DNA of 64,000 bases from Dehalococcoidia bacterium (GTDB lineage: Bacteria; Chloroflexota; Dehalococcoidia; Bin125): positions 13,081 to 77,080 of the forward strand of contig OZ253504.1 of the NCBI GenBank assembly GCA_965262235.1. Reading direction: 5' to 3'. How positions within the stretch are numbered: the first letter of the stretch is position 1; every line of letters starts with the position of its first letter. Made by a program: the position numbers and the translations under genes. Below the pieces are notes generated by a model. That model saw only the letters and a program-made list of their open reading frames with translations. It was not told the origin of the DNA and searched no databases. This document shows positions 1 through 10,330 of this stretch, piece after piece.

Positions 1-1503
1 CCCGCCGAGCTGCACCTGCTCTCCGCGCGCCACCCGCTGCTCACCGGCGATGTCGTGCCGATCTCGATCACGCTCACGCTCGATCAGCGCTGCGTGCTCG
101 TCACGGGCCCGAACACCGGCGGCAAAACAGTCGCGCTGAAGACGGTCGGCCTGCTGACGCTCATGGCGCAGGCCGGGCTCCCGATCCCGGCCGAGCGCGG
201 CTCGCGTATCCCCGTCTTCCAGAACGTCTTCGCCGACATCGGCGACGAGCAGAGCATCGAGCAGTCGCTCTCGACATTTTCGGGGCATGTGACCAACATC
301 ATCCGAATCCTCGCCGAGGCCGGCCCGCACACGCTGGTGCTGCTCGACGAACTCGGCGCCGGCACCGATCCGACCGAGGGCGCGGCGCTCGCGCGGGCGC
401 TGCTCGAGCAGCTGATCGAACTCGAAGCCACCGTCGTCGCCACGACGCACCACGGCGCGCTCAAAGTCTTCGCCCACGCCACGCCAGGCATCATTAACGC
501 TTCGGCGGAGTTCGACGCCCAGACCCTGCAGCCCACCTATCGCCTGCTGATGGGCTCGCCCGGCCGCTCGAACGCCGTCGCGATCGCCCAGCGGCTGGGC
601 ATGCCCGACGCCGTGCTGGAACGCGCCCGCGCCCACACCGCCCCTGACACGGCTGACATCGAAGGCCTCCTGACGGACCTCCAGCAACAGCGCGACAGCC
701 TCGAAGTGGCCCAGCGCGCTGAGCAGCTCGCGCGCGAGGAGGCCGAGCAGATCCGCCACGGCCTGACGCTGCGGCGCGATCAGATCGAGGTCGAACGCGA
801 CCAGATTCTGGGCAAGGCCGAGCGCGCGATGGAGGACGAGCTCGCGCAGCTGCGGCGCAGCCTGCGCGACGCCAATCGCGAGCTCTCCCAGACCGCCAGT
901 GCGGCCTCCCGCACCGCATACCGCGAGCACGTCGAGCGCGCGGAGACTCGCGCCGATGAGGCCCGTGAACGGCTCGAACGCGTGCGCACCCGCCGACGGC
1001 GCTCGGGCCGACGCCGAAGAGCAGCAACGACCGACGCGCCGCCCGATCCTGAGCGGCTCTCGCCCGGCGATGTGGTCTACCTGCGCGGCCTGCCCGAGCC
1101 CGGCGTGCTGCTGAGCGGGCTCGTCGACGACACGATCGAGGTGCAGCTCGGATCGCTGCGGACGCGTGTCCGCCCCGACCAGATCGAGCGCCTCGGCCGG
1201 ACGTCGCAGACGAACATCGAGCAACCGCGCGCCAAGCGCCCGCCTGCCCCGCCCGACCCCGGCGGGCGCTGCGACATCCGCGGCCGCACGACTGAAGATG
1301 CAATGCCGACCGTCGACGGCTTCCTCGATCACGCCTACCGCGCCGGTCGCCAGCGGCTTGAAATCGTGCACGGCAAGGGCACGGGCGCGCTGCGCAACGC
1401 CGTCCGCACCCTGCTCCGCGACCACCCGCTGATCACCAGCTTCGAAACGGCCCCACCCAAGGAGGGCGGCGACGGCGTCACCATCGTCCACCTCGTCGGC
1501 TAG
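1..1503 (+). CDS. mutS2: Endonuclease MutS2, partial at the 5' end (ATPase core plus C-terminal Smr domain)
   Basis: The frame is open from nt 1. Walker A 'GPNTGGKT', 'DELGAGTDP', and a C-terminal Smr-like 'VHGKGTGALR' are present. TAG stop at 1501. Confidence 0.85.
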   Translation, partial: PAELHLLSARHPLLTGDVVPISITLTLDQRCVLVTGPNTGGKTVALKTVGLLTLMAQAGLPIPAERGSRIPVFQNVFADIGDEQSIEQSLSTFSGHVTNIIRILAEAGPHTLVLLDELGAGTDPTEGAALARALLEQLIELEATVVATTHHGALKVFAHATPGIINASAEFDAQTLQPTYRLLMGSPGRSNAVAIAQRLGMPDAVLERARAHTAPDTADIEGLLTDLQQQRDSLEVAQRAEQLAREEAEQIRHGLTLRRDQIEVERDQILGKAERAMEDELAQLRRSLRDANRELSQTASAASRTAYREHVERAETRADEARERLERVRTRRRRSGRRRRAATTDAPPDPERLSPGDVVYLRGLPEPGVLLSGLVDDTIEVQLGSLRTRVRPDQIERLGRTSQTNIEQPRAKRPPAPPDPGGRCDIRGRTTEDAMPTVDGFLDHAYRAGRQRLEIVHGKGTGALRNAVRTLLRDHPLITSFETAPPKEGGDGVTIVHLVG

Positions 1504-1781
1504 CCACCTGACCAATCCCGACCAACCCTGACCACCCCCTGACCACCCGTCCACCACGCTTCTGCACCTCGTCCGCCACCCCCGCCACCCCACCCGCGCC
1601 TGGCGCGCCTGAAGCGTCGGCCCGAGCGGCACGCGCGATGGCCTGGCCGTCGCTGAACGTTCCCGACCGGCGCTGACCACCCCGACCAGATACGATCCCG
1701 ACGGCATCCGCCGATCTCCTGGAGTGGCTGCGAACAGCCAACCACCCGCGGCCTGCGGGCCGCGATGCTCACCTACACTCG

Positions 1782-2438
1782 ATGCACAGGCACCGAGGAG
1801 CCGCGCTGATGGTCCTCCGCCGCATCGCCGAGGCGATCGACCGACGTCCCCAGACCGGGCGCCAGCGGCGCTCCGTGCTGCAGATCGCCGCCGAAGACTT
1901 CGCCGGCCAGCTGTCTGCGAAGAAGGGCCGCTCCGGTGCAGCCGGCGTGAGCGGCTGGGATGTCTCGAACCTCGCCCACCCCGCCTTCTGGTCGATGCTG
2001 CTGCTCTCGCAGCGCCGCAGCCGCTACACGATGAACCTGCTCGGGCAGATCCACGTCGATGCCGCCGCGGTGCAGCCCTATGTCGAGGAGAAGCGCGCCG
2101 CCACTGAGGTTCTCGAGGCGCTCGGCGGGATCGAGGCCGACTCGCTGATCGGCTTCGTCGATGTCGCCGTGACGCGCTTCCAGCCACCCAACGTCGCCGG
2201 CGCCCCGCTCGTGCCGCCCGACCAGGCGACGGCGATCCTGTGGTCGGCCCTGCTGCGCGGCGCGATGGTCGGCGAGCTGCGCCCGCAAGAGGCGCACGAC
2301 GCCTGGCTCGCAGCGCATCCCGACCAGGTGCAGGAGTACGGCGCGGAGCGCGCCTGGAAGAAGGCCCAGGGCCGCGCCGAGATGCTGCTGGTCGACTGGC
2401 AGGAACAACGGCGCAGCCACGGCCGGCGTCTGCTCTAG
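1782..2438 (+). CDS. Hypothetical protein
   Basis: 218-aa ORF with high GC3. Its TAG stop lies 2 nt before the rarA ATG. No recognisable motif. Confidence 0.4.
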   Translation: MHRHRGAALMVLRRIAEAIDRRPQTGRQRRSVLQIAAEDFAGQLSAKKGRSGAAGVSGWDVSNLAHPAFWSMLLLSQRRSRYTMNLLGQIHVDAAAVQPYVEEKRAATEVLEALGGIEADSLIGFVDVAVTRFQPPNVAGAPLVPPDQATAILWSALLRGAMVGELRPQEAHDAWLAAHPDQVQEYGAERAWKKAQGRAEMLLVDWQEQRRSHGRRLL

Positions 2439-2440
2439 CA

Positions 2441-3751
2441 ATGGCCGCGCGACCCGGCCCCAACCAGCGCTCTCTCTTCACCGTCGTTGACGAGGTCGAC
2501 CCGCGCGCCCCGCTGGCGGCGCGAATGCGGCCGCGCAAGATCGACGAGGTCGTGGGCCAACCCCGACTGGTCGCTCCCGGCTCCCCGCTGCGACGCGCCA
2601 TCGACGCCGACGCTGTGCCTTCCTGCATCCTCTGGGGACCCCCGGGCAGCGGCAAGACGAGTCTTGCGCGGGTCATTGCGCAGCACACGAAGGCCCGCTT
2701 CGCGACGCTCTCCGCCGTGTCGTCGGGCGTGCGCGACCTCCGTCAGGTGATCGCCGACGCCGAGCAGGCCGGCCGCCACGGCGGCGCACGCACGATCCTC
2801 TTCATCGACGAGATTCACCGCTTCAACAAGGCCCAGCAGGACGCGATCCTGCACGCGGTCGAGGACGGCGCGGTCTCGTTGATCGGCGCGACGACCGAGA
2901 ATCCCTCCTTCGAGGTGATCGCCCCGCTGCTCTCGCGCAGCCGCGTCTACAGGCTCGATCCGCTCGATGCCGACGACGTGCGCACGCTGCTCCAGCGCGC
3001 CCTCGAGGACGACGAGCGCGGCCTGGCCGGTGCGGGCGTCACGGTGACGGCCGAAGCGCTCGATGCGCTGGTGCAGCTCTCCGGCGGCGACGCTCGCGTG
3101 GCGCTCAACGCGCTGGAGTTCGCCGTCGCCGATGCGACCGATCTGGTTGACCTCCAGACCGTCGAGCTGACGACGCAGCGCCAGCTGCATCACGACAAGG
3201 CCGGCGACTCCCACTTCGACCTGATCTCGGCGTTGATCAAATCGGTGCGCGGCTCGGACCCCGACGCGGCCGTGTACTGGCTGGCGCGTCTGCTCGAGGC
3301 CGGCGAGGACCCGCTGTTCGTGGCCCGCCGGATTGTGATCCTCGCCGCCGAGGATGTCGGCCTGGCCGATCCGCAGGCGCTGGCGGTTGCCGTCGCAGCG
3401 CAGCAGGCGACCCACTTCATCGGCCTGCCCGAGGCCAAGCTGCCGCTCGCCGAGGCGACGATCTACCTGGCGCTCGCGCCCAAGAGCAACTCTGCGATGT
3501 CGGCCTACTCGAACGCTGCGAAGGCGATCCAGGAACGCGGCCAACTGCCCGTCCCGCTGCATCTGCGCAACGCCGTGACCGGCCTGATGGCCGCGCACGG
3601 CTACGGCAAGAACTATCAATACGCCCACGACTACGACGACGCCCTGCCGCCCGACCAGGCGCATCTCCCCGACGAGCTGGGCGGCAGCCGCTTCTACAAA
3701 GCCACCCAGCACGGAGCCGAGGCCCGGCTCAATGAGCGGCGCGGATCATGA
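2441..3751 (+). CDS. rarA: Replication-associated recombination protein A (AAA+ ATPase RarA/MgsA)
   Basis: '[17 protein letters not shown]' Walker A and '[16 protein letters not shown]' Walker B/sensor. Start reassigned to the ATG at 2441 right after the upstream stop; the ORF track extends it to 2240. Confidence 0.9.
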   Translation: MAARPGPNQRSLFTVVDEVDPRAPLAARMRPRKIDEVVGQPRLVAPGSPLRRAIDADAVPSCILWGPPGSGKTSLARVIAQHTKARFATLSAVSSGVRDLRQVIADAEQAGRHGGARTILFIDEIHRFNKAQQDAILHAVEDGAVSLIGATTENPSFEVIAPLLSRSRVYRLDPLDADDVRTLLQRALEDDERGLAGAGVTVTAEALDALVQLSGGDARVALNALEFAVADATDLVDLQTVELTTQRQLHHDKAGDSHFDLISALIKSVRGSDPDAAVYWLARLLEAGEDPLFVARRIVILAAEDVGLADPQALAVAVAAQQATHFIGLPEAKLPLAEATIYLALAPKSNSAMSAYSNAAKAIQERGQLPVPLHLRNAVTGLMAAHGYGKNYQYAHDYDDALPPDQAHLPDELGGSRFYKATQHGAEARLNERRGS

Positions 3752-4092
3752 AGGCGACGCCGGTCAGCTTCACCGGGCTGCCTGACACGGCGGTGGCCGA
3801 GATCGCCGCCCTGTTCGGGGCCGAGGCGCAGCTCCAGCTCGCCGACCATCCCACGAGCGGGCCGCTCTGGCGAATCGAGCATCGCAGCGAGAACGGCAAT
3901 CTGCGGCTGCTGCTCTGGCCCGCGATTGCGCGGGTCGACGTGACCTGCGGGCCGCACACCTGGATCGCGCGGGGCGTCAGCGAGACGCACGTGCTCGCGG
4001 GGATCGAAGCGATCTTCCACTTCGGAACGAACGGCCTGCTCACGGTCGCGCCGACCGGTCACGCCACGATGATCGCGCAGGACGGTCCATGA
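3748..4092 (+). CDS. Hypothetical protein
   Basis: 114 aa. Its ATG overlaps the rarA stop (ATGA), suggesting translational coupling. Confidence 0.4.
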   Translation: MKATPVSFTGLPDTAVAEIAALFGAEAQLQLADHPTSGPLWRIEHRSENGNLRLLLWPAIARVDVTCGPHTWIARGVSETHVLAGIEAIFHFGTNGLLTVAPTGHATMIAQDGP

Positions 4093-4422
4093 CCCCGCGC
4101 GCGCGCCGAGCGCTCAGTCGCGGCGCGAACCTCAGCCTTGCGCGCAGCACGTCCGTTCGTATACGCTTCCCGCATGTGCCGCAGATGCCACGTCCAACGA
4201 GAGGTCCAGCTACAGGGACGGGGGGAGCGCGCCGAGCGAGTCCTGGGGCCGCTCGTTCCGATCACCTGCACTTCCCGATCCTCATGCCCACACAACCCCT
4301 CGAACAAGCTGCCCGCGCAGCCCGCGAGGTCATTGAGCGCGCCACCGAACGGCTCCGCGGCAACGACTAACTGCGCAGGCGTCGCAGGGACCGTCAGAGA
4401 GAGGTCTCCCGCGCGACCGGGG

Positions 4423-4821
4423 CTATCCGCCGGCGGCCGCAGCCCCGTGGGAGTACCACTCTTCGGTCTCTTCGCCGGGCTCGGGCAGGACCATGCCGCC
4501 CTCCATCGACCACGACGCCGGGCCTTCATTGATGCGCCCGCCCAGCTGCGCCTCGTCGACGCCGGTGATCTCCGCGAACGCCCCGAGCAGGTCGCTGAGC
4601 AGCGCCTGCTTGACCTCTTCGGCCCGGCCGGCCCGATTGAATGCGTCGAGGTAGTACGGCTCCGCGAAGCGAGTGTCGGGCGCCTCGTCAAATACGACGT
4701 GCACGAAGCTGCGCGGCGCGCCGGTCGAGTCGCAGTGAATGTCCGTAACGGCCCTGGCGACGGCCTGCCGTTGCTCAAGTCCGACCGAATCCGAGGGAAC
4801 GACGAAGCGGTAGTAAGGCAT
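4423..4821 (-). CDS. Tautomerase family protein (4-oxalocrotonate tautomerase-like)
   Basis: 132 aa with an N-terminal Met-Pro (catalytic Pro1 after Met removal), the size typical of the cis-CaaD/tautomerase fold. Confidence 0.5.
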   Translation of the reverse strand: MPYYRFVVPSDSVGLEQRQAVARAVTDIHCDSTGAPRSFVHVVFDEAPDTRFAEPYYLDAFNRAGRAEEVKQALLSDLLGAFAEITGVDEAQLGGRINEGPASWSMEGGMVLPEPGEETEEWYSHGAAAAGG

Positions 4822-4881
4822 CTCAGCTCCTCTTCAGCGCGGGCGACCGTCGCCCGCAGGCCACCGAACCATGTTAACCAA

Positions 4882-5208
4882 TCAGGCGTCGCGAGCCGAC
4901 ACGACGAGATCGTCGACGGTGCAGCCGCTGATCTCCATCCACATGTCGGAGATCGCCATCATCAGCTCAACCCGTACGGGCTGCTCGACCCCGCCCTCGA
5001 TCGAGCTCCGCACCAACGAGGTAGTGGAGAGTTCGCCGCCGCGGAAGCCGTACGTGTGGGGAATGTCCTCGAACTCGACCGAGATGTCGGCGGCGTCCGT
5101 CCCCAACACGTTCGCCGTGACGGCGACCAGCCCGTCGCCCAATCGAGCGCGGACATCGCCCCCGATGACGCCCTCCTGCATCGTGCAATTGAACCGGACC
5201 TGGGCCAT
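4882..5208 (-). CDS. Hypothetical protein
   Basis: 108-aa ORF with high GC3. The overlapping plus-strand ORF is Ser/Thr/Arg-rich mirror-frame junk. Confidence 0.35.
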   Translation of the reverse strand: MAQVRFNCTMQEGVIGGDVRARLGDGLVAVTANVLGTDAADISVEFEDIPHTYGFRGGELSTTSLVRSSIEGGVEQPVRVELMMAISDMWMEISGCTVDDLVVSARDA

Positions 5209-5274
5209 CTTCTGCCTCCGTTGCTGCGCTCGCGAATCCGCCCCGACGGTAGCAAAGCGGCTGGAGCGGTTCGA

Positions 5275-6378
5275 TCATCGCACCTCAAGCTGCCAACTCG
5301 CATCCACATCGAGGAAGCGGCCGATCGCCGCGACCTCCGCTTCGATGCCGGCGCGTTCGTCGACCGAGGGGTCGTCCACCGCGGTGACGCTGATCTTGAT
5401 TCCGCGCGACGTGCGACGACGGGTCCAGGTGCCGATCATCACGCCGTCGCAGACGATCGTCGGCAGAATCATGCCGCCGCCGGGGTGGACCCGGCGGACC
5501 AGATCCGCGCTGACCCCAAGTTCGCGCTTGGCGTAGCCCAGCAGGTAGGGATCGAACGGGCCCAGCATTCGCACGACTGGGGTCGGTTCGGCCAGGACCG
5601 CGTCGATCCGTCCGGCCGCCTCCGCCAACATCCGCATCGAGCGGCCGTCAACGCTCAGCTCCACCAGCTCGTCGGCGATCGCGTCGAATCCGGCCCGCGC
5701 GTCGGCCGCAGCGAGGCCGGTCCAGGTGCGGAAGTCGGATGGCGTGGCCGGGCCGTACGCGCCGAAGTAGCGGCGCGCGAGCTCAGCAGCAGGATTCGGC
5801 GGGTCTGCCGTCCGCTCAGGCAGCCACTCATCGAGCAGCACGTGGGTGTCGTCGCCGTCGGCGAGCGGTCCGAAGCAGATCAAGCCGGTCAGCGAAGCGG
5901 AGCGGAGCAAGTGTGGCACGACCTGCCCCTCCCAGGGCAGCCCGCCCTCACGGAAGCGTTCGATGATCTGCGCGCGCGTGAGCGCCTCGCGGGCGAGCTC
6001 GCGGCCGATCAGGGTCATCGCGTCGGTGTAGATGTCGGGGGTCACGCCGAGGTTGGCCCGCCGCTTGAGCGCCTTCCGATCCATCCGCGTGCCTAGCAGG
6101 TCGAGCATCCAGCCAATGTCGGCCGAGGGCACGAGGTGCAGCGTTCCGCGCATCAGCCAGGTGCGGACGACCGAGCGCGACTCGACCCGCTCACGGTGCA
6201 CGTCCGCAGCGGTGAGATGGTCCGAACGCGCCCGCACCGCCAGCACCTCGCCCATCCCATCCTGCGCCTGCACCCCCCCAATCGACCGCGCCAGCTCAGC
6301 GACGCCGCTCACCCGGCGCACCCCAAGCATCTGCGCCTCAAGCCGCACGCGTCTGCCTTGTTCCGTGGTCAGCTTCAC
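5275..6378 (-). CDS. Winged-helix DNA-binding protein, YcaQ/AlkZ-like (DUF1006) putative DNA glycosylase
   Basis: 367 aa. The N-terminal 'LT..QGRRVRLEAQMLG' and overall layout match the HTH_42/YcaQ family from memory. Confidence 0.6.
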   Translation of the reverse strand: MKLTTEQGRRVRLEAQMLGVRRVSGVAELARSIGGVQAQDGMGEVLAVRARSDHLTAADVHRERVESRSVVRTWLMRGTLHLVPSADIGWMLDLLGTRMDRKALKRRANLGVTPDIYTDAMTLIGRELAREALTRAQIIERFREGGLPWEGQVVPHLLRSASLTGLICFGPLADGDDTHVLLDEWLPERTADPPNPAAELARRYFGAYGPATPSDFRTWTGLAAADARAGFDAIADELVELSVDGRSMRMLAEAAGRIDAVLAEPTPVVRMLGPFDPYLLGYAKRELGVSADLVRRVHPGGGMILPTIVCDGVMIGTWTRRRTSRGIKISVTAVDDPSVDERAGIEAEVAAIGRFLDVDASWQLEVR

Positions 6379-6513
6379 ACGGCGCCTCCCATCATCGCCA
6401 CGGTAGCTTCGCGAATCTTGGGCGCACCCCGCCCCCGCGCCTCAATGAATCGCTCTTCCGGCGCGGCGACCGGCGCCGCAGATACGATTTCACTTGGATG
6501 CGGAGGCCGACCG

Positions 6514-6798
6514 ATGTCACTGCCAACACCGCTTCGCCTGCTGGTCGTCTGTACCGGCAACCGGGCGCGGTCGCAGATGGGCGAGGGGTGGTTGAGGGCG
6601 CTTGGTGGCGAGCGGGTGCAGGTGGCGAGCGCGGGGACGGCGCCGAAGGCTCGGGTCGCCGTCGGCGCAGCACCCGATCTACTCTGTAGATGGTTTCCAG
6701 TTCAGAGAGGGGCCGGGATGCTGCGTTCTCCTCTGCCTCAGCTTGGTCGTCGCCCAGGCTGGCCCTGCGCGCCGAACGATCGGGAGGAGCATGAGTAG
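6514..6798 (+). pseudogene. Truncated arsC-like low-molecular-weight phosphotyrosine phosphatase / arsenate reductase fragment
   Basis: GGAGG RBS followed by 'MSLPTPLRLLVVCTGNRARSQMGEGWLRALGGERVQVASAGT', which carries the CX5R(S) P-loop. Homology is lost after about 45 aa, where the low-GC segment begins. Confidence 0.55.
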
Positions 6799-8473
6799 GA
6801 AACGGAGACGAAACAAGGGCCGCTCGCATCGCGACAATTCGCGCAGATCGAGCGGCTCCGGGCGTTCTCGTGAGAATGCTCCGATGCGGTCGGCGGGAGA
6901 TTCGACCCTGCCGGAGGCGACACGTCTGGACCCGATGTCCGTTGTCTTCTACCGACCAGAGGTCGCGGTGGAGACATTTCGATTGAGTCTGGCCGTTGAT
7001 GGCACACATTCAAGAAGCTCGCCGCTTCCGCCCACCCCCACCTTGGTGAAGGGGTGTGAGGGGCGATTTGCCATCGAGGATTGCGGAACAATCCGGCTCT
7101 GCACGCCCAGCTACTACCGCGAGGACGGGCCATCACTAGTGTGGGATGCGCAAGAGGGTGCGATCGCCGGTCCCCCGCGAGTTACAGAGCGCCGGGACGA
7201 CCCGGCGGACCTCGAGCAACAACTGCACGTCAACGCCGAGCCGGATCGCACGGGTCCCCTGTCCCGGGCATTCGGCGCGATCTCGGCCACGAGCTTGAAA
7301 GTCAAGGAGAGAAAACAGACATCCCTGACGTACGGGGACAACTGTCTGATCTGGTGCACCTCCCTCCGACCCCGTTCCAGAAACGAGTGGTCCTTGTGGC
7401 GAGCTTCGCTGGAGCCGTCCTACGATCACATCTCGACTGTCCGCGATCCGCACAAGTTTGCTCAGGCCTTGGGGGCGATGGCACTCCAACAGCAAGGTCT
7501 GCTGGGCAATGACATCTCCTTCCGCAACCCCCAATCAGGAGATGTGGCTCGATGCGCCAGCCTGCAGGTGGTCTATGGCCCCGTGATCTACACCGATCAG
7601 CGCGGCGCCTACATCGAAGCGTCATCGAGTGACATGGAGTTCGTGCTGCGCAGCATGTTCACCAAAACCAGCGAGCATCGGCAACAGCGCGAGTACCGAT
7701 TCGCTCTGATGACCAACCGCAATCTTGAAGAGGACACGCTGAATCTGATGGTGTCCGAAGAGATGCGTTCGGCTCTCACGCAGCAGCCGCGACCTGCCAG
7801 GGCAGCGCGCGAAGCGCCGTCCCCGGTCGTCAAGGGCTGCTTGCCTTCTCCCCGGATCCTCCGCTGCTTCCCGGCATCGCCGCCAATGCAGCGACGCGGA
7901 GACGACGTTGGGGCCGTATTCACGGCTCAGGCCAGGTCCAGCTTTCACCTGGCCGGCGTGGAGCACAAGGGCATAACCACGACCCGAAGAACGGTGCAAA
8001 CCTTGGAGGACGTTGACGACGAGTCGATCGAGCAGGCGGTCGCAGAGCAGTCCGGGCCGCCTAGCGACGCTCGAATCGTCAAGTTCACCCTGGACGCGGG
8101 TCCAGGGAGCGTTGTCACCCTCTACGATCTCGGCGGACTAACGGCGTCGTTCCGGATTGCCAACAAGTCCGGCCAAGCCATCTTGACCGCCAGTATTCCC
8201 GAACCAACCGGTGAGCGGGGGCCACTTCTCATCACCACCCGTGATTTCGATGGATCGTCTCTGCTCAGCCACCCACCCCAGCGGGTCAGACTCTGCTACA
8301 CGACGGCGAATCCCGCGACAACCGTGGAAGCCGACATATCCGTTGAAGAGGACACGGGCATCACCATCACCGCCACCTCGGAAGATCGCAGCGCCACCTC
8401 GTCGTTCGCGATCGTCCTGGCAAGCAACCTCGGCATGGGCGCCCCCCGCATCGCGCTTGTTGCGGCGAACTAG
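6791..8473 (+). CDS. Hypothetical protein in a low-GC patch (start uncertain)
   Basis: ORF 6602-8473. The ATG at 6791 is preceded by GGGAGGAG. GC is about 60% against a ~68% background. The N-terminus is basic ('MSRKRRRNKGRSHR'). No recognisable domain. Confidence 0.45.
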   Translation: MSRKRRRNKGRSHRDNSRRSSGSGRSRENAPMRSAGDSTLPEATRLDPMSVVFYRPEVAVETFRLSLAVDGTHSRSSPLPPTPTLVKGCEGRFAIEDCGTIRLCTPSYYREDGPSLVWDAQEGAIAGPPRVTERRDDPADLEQQLHVNAEPDRTGPLSRAFGAISATSLKVKERKQTSLTYGDNCLIWCTSLRPRSRNEWSLWRASLEPSYDHISTVRDPHKFAQALGAMALQQQGLLGNDISFRNPQSGDVARCASLQVVYGPVIYTDQRGAYIEASSSDMEFVLRSMFTKTSEHRQQREYRFALMTNRNLEEDTLNLMVSEEMRSALTQQPRPARAAREAPSPVVKGCLPSPRILRCFPASPPMQRRGDDVGAVFTAQARSSFHLAGVEHKGITTTRRTVQTLEDVDDESIEQAVAEQSGPPSDARIVKFTLDAGPGSVVTLYDLGGLTASFRIANKSGQAILTASIPEPTGERGPLLITTRDFDGSSLLSHPPQRVRLCYTTANPATTVEADISVEEDTGITITATSEDRSATSSFAIVLASNLGMGAPRIALVAAN

Positions 8474-9022
8474 CCGACGCCCATCGACAGCGCGGGAAGA
8501 GCTCAGACGGACACGAACTCACATGGCGGCCGGACCGCGGGTCGGGAATCCCGCAGTGAGCACGGCTCTACTCCCGGTACCCCGGACTCACCAGAAGTCA
8601 CGCCGAGTTCCGTTCGTGCGGGTGTGCCGTCATGCCCGTGTGTGTCCCGCGGCGGGGTGATGGACGCCTCGACCGGTTGCCTGGATCGCTGACGCTCGCG
8701 GCGAGACCGGCAGCCTGGCGCGGGTGCGCTACGGGAGCCCGACATGTTCACCAGATCGCGCGCCGGTTGCCGTCGTACGCGTCGGCTAGTGACCAATTCG
8801 GAAACGCACCCTCTCGTCCGGCACTGGCAAGGCCCATGATGGCCGCCCGCTCGGAGGCCGAGATGGCTGACGTCTTCCGGCGGATTCGAGACGAAATCGG
8901 CGAGTTCTGTCGCACGCTGCTCGCGCCCGAACTCGATGGGTTCGACGCGCCGCCGCGCCCCCTGCGGCGCCCTGAGCTAGCGTGCAGCGGATGCGGCGCG
9001 CCGTGAATCTGCGTCGCCGGAG

Positions 9023-10216
9023 GTGAAGATGGCGATCGCTGCGGACGTGCGACGGGGAATGGCGGACAGCTCGTGGATTCGGCGGATGTTCGAGCTGGGC
9101 ATCGCGCTGCGCCAGGAGCGCGGCGCGGAGAACGTGTTCGACCTGTCGCTGGGCAATCCGATCGCCGAGCCGCCCGTCGAGTTCTTCGACGCGCTGCGCG
9201 AACTGGCCGCCGCACCGGCCGCCGGCTCGCACCGCTACATGCCGAATGCGGGATATCCGGACACGCGGCAGGCGGTCGCCGACGCGCTGTCCAACGAGAC
9301 AGGGCTGGCCTACGGCGCCGGGGACATCGTGATGACGGTCGGCGCGGCGGGCGCGCTGAATGTCCTCATCCATTCGCTGTGCGACCGGGGCGACGAGGTG
9401 GTGGTCCTCACGCCGTACTTCGCGGAGTATCTGTTCTATGCGACGAATCACGGCGCCGTGCCGGTGGTGGTCGGCTGCGACAGCGAGTTCATCCCCGACC
9501 TCGCGGAGCTGGCTGAGAAGATCACAGCGCGTACGAAGCTGGTGATCCTCAATTCGCCGAACAATCCCTCCGGCGCGATCTACCCGCAGTCATTCATCGA
9601 AGCGCTGGCAGCGGTGCTCGACCAGAAATGCGAGGAGTTGGGCACAGATATCTTCATCGTCAGCGACGAGCCGTATCGCAAGATTCTGTTCGACGAGCAC
9701 GTCTACCCGTTCCCGCAGCTGGCGTATCAACGGACGATCACAGCGACGTCGCACGCCAAGGACCTCGGGCTCCCGGGCGAGCGGATCGGCTATCTCGCAG
9801 TGCATCCGCAGTATGACGACGGCGGCGAGCTGATGGATGCGCTGATCTTCTGCAACCGCGTGCTGGGCTTCGTCAACGCGCCGGCGATCATGCAGCGCCT
9901 GGTGCGCACGCTGCAGACGGTCACGATCGACATACGCGACTATCAGGCTAAGCGCGACTACCTGTACGAGATGCTGACCTCGATCGGCTACCGCGTGCGC
10001 AAGCCGGAGGGCGCGTTCTACATGTTCCCGGAGTCGCCCGCGGCCGATGAGCTGGAGCTGGTCGCGGCGCTCCAGCGTCACGGCGTCCTGGTCGTACCCG
10101 GTCGAGGATTCGGGATGCCGGGCTACTTCCGCATCTCATACTGCGTCGCCCAGAGCGAGCTCGAGGGTGCGGCGCCGGGCTTTCGCGCGGCGTTCGAGGA
10201 GCTGCAGCCGGCGTAA
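9023..10216 (+). CDS. PLP-dependent aminotransferase, class I/II (aspartate aminotransferase family)
   Basis: 397 aa with 'NSPNNPSGAIY' and 'SHAKDLGLPGERIGY', which contains the PLP-lysine context. Confidence 0.85.
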   Translation: MKMAIAADVRRGMADSSWIRRMFELGIALRQERGAENVFDLSLGNPIAEPPVEFFDALRELAAAPAAGSHRYMPNAGYPDTRQAVADALSNETGLAYGAGDIVMTVGAAGALNVLIHSLCDRGDEVVVLTPYFAEYLFYATNHGAVPVVVGCDSEFIPDLAELAEKITARTKLVILNSPNNPSGAIYPQSFIEALAAVLDQKCEELGTDIFIVSDEPYRKILFDEHVYPFPQLAYQRTITATSHAKDLGLPGERIGYLAVHPQYDDGGELMDALIFCNRVLGFVNAPAIMQRLVRTLQTVTIDIRDYQAKRDYLYEMLTSIGYRVRKPEGAFYMFPESPAADELELVAALQRHGVLVVPGRGFGMPGYFRISYCVAQSELEGAAPGFRAAFEELQPA

Positions 10217-10330
10217 CACGGCGCCGGAGCGCGCTGACTCAGGGCGCCGCCATGCGCCGCCTTGCGCGCTAGAATTGCATCCTCAGCAGACGGACCAGCT
10301 GGAGCGCATTGATTCGCTGGAGGAGGCGCC

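Noticed and set aside
1504-1770. Short degenerate direct repeats (ctgaccaNNccc x4) and the palindrome cgcggcctgcgggccgcg after mutS2
   Set aside because: This is low-complexity C-rich spacer. The hairpin lacks a U-tract, and there is no evidence of a regulatory role beyond a possible weak terminator.
2435-3712. Long antisense ORFs overlapping confident genes, for example 2435-3712 (-) inside rarA, 4138-6096 (+), 11910-13523 (+), 16681-17661 (-), 49845-51557 (-) inside hsdR, 494-1303 (-)
   Set aside because: These are Arg/Ala/Gly/Pro-rich mirror-frame translations typical of 68% GC DNA. The sense-strand genes have clear family motifs and a GC3 bias.
8535-8556. tRNA T-arm-like palindrome 'ccgcgggtcgggaatcccgcag' in the non-coding stretch after the low-GC ORF, which could have been an att-site remnant of a tRNA
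   Set aside because: The loop is 8 nt (TCGGGAAT) not the canonical 7-nt TTCGAAT, and no D-arm, anticodon arm or acceptor pairing can be built around it. No other tRNA-like sequence was found in any intergenic region.
8632-9006. 124-aa ORF upstream of the aminotransferase (the last 56 aa have reasonable GC3)
   Set aside because: No RBS and no motif, and it overlaps an equally long minus-strand ORF. Reading alone cannot distinguish a small gene from noise.
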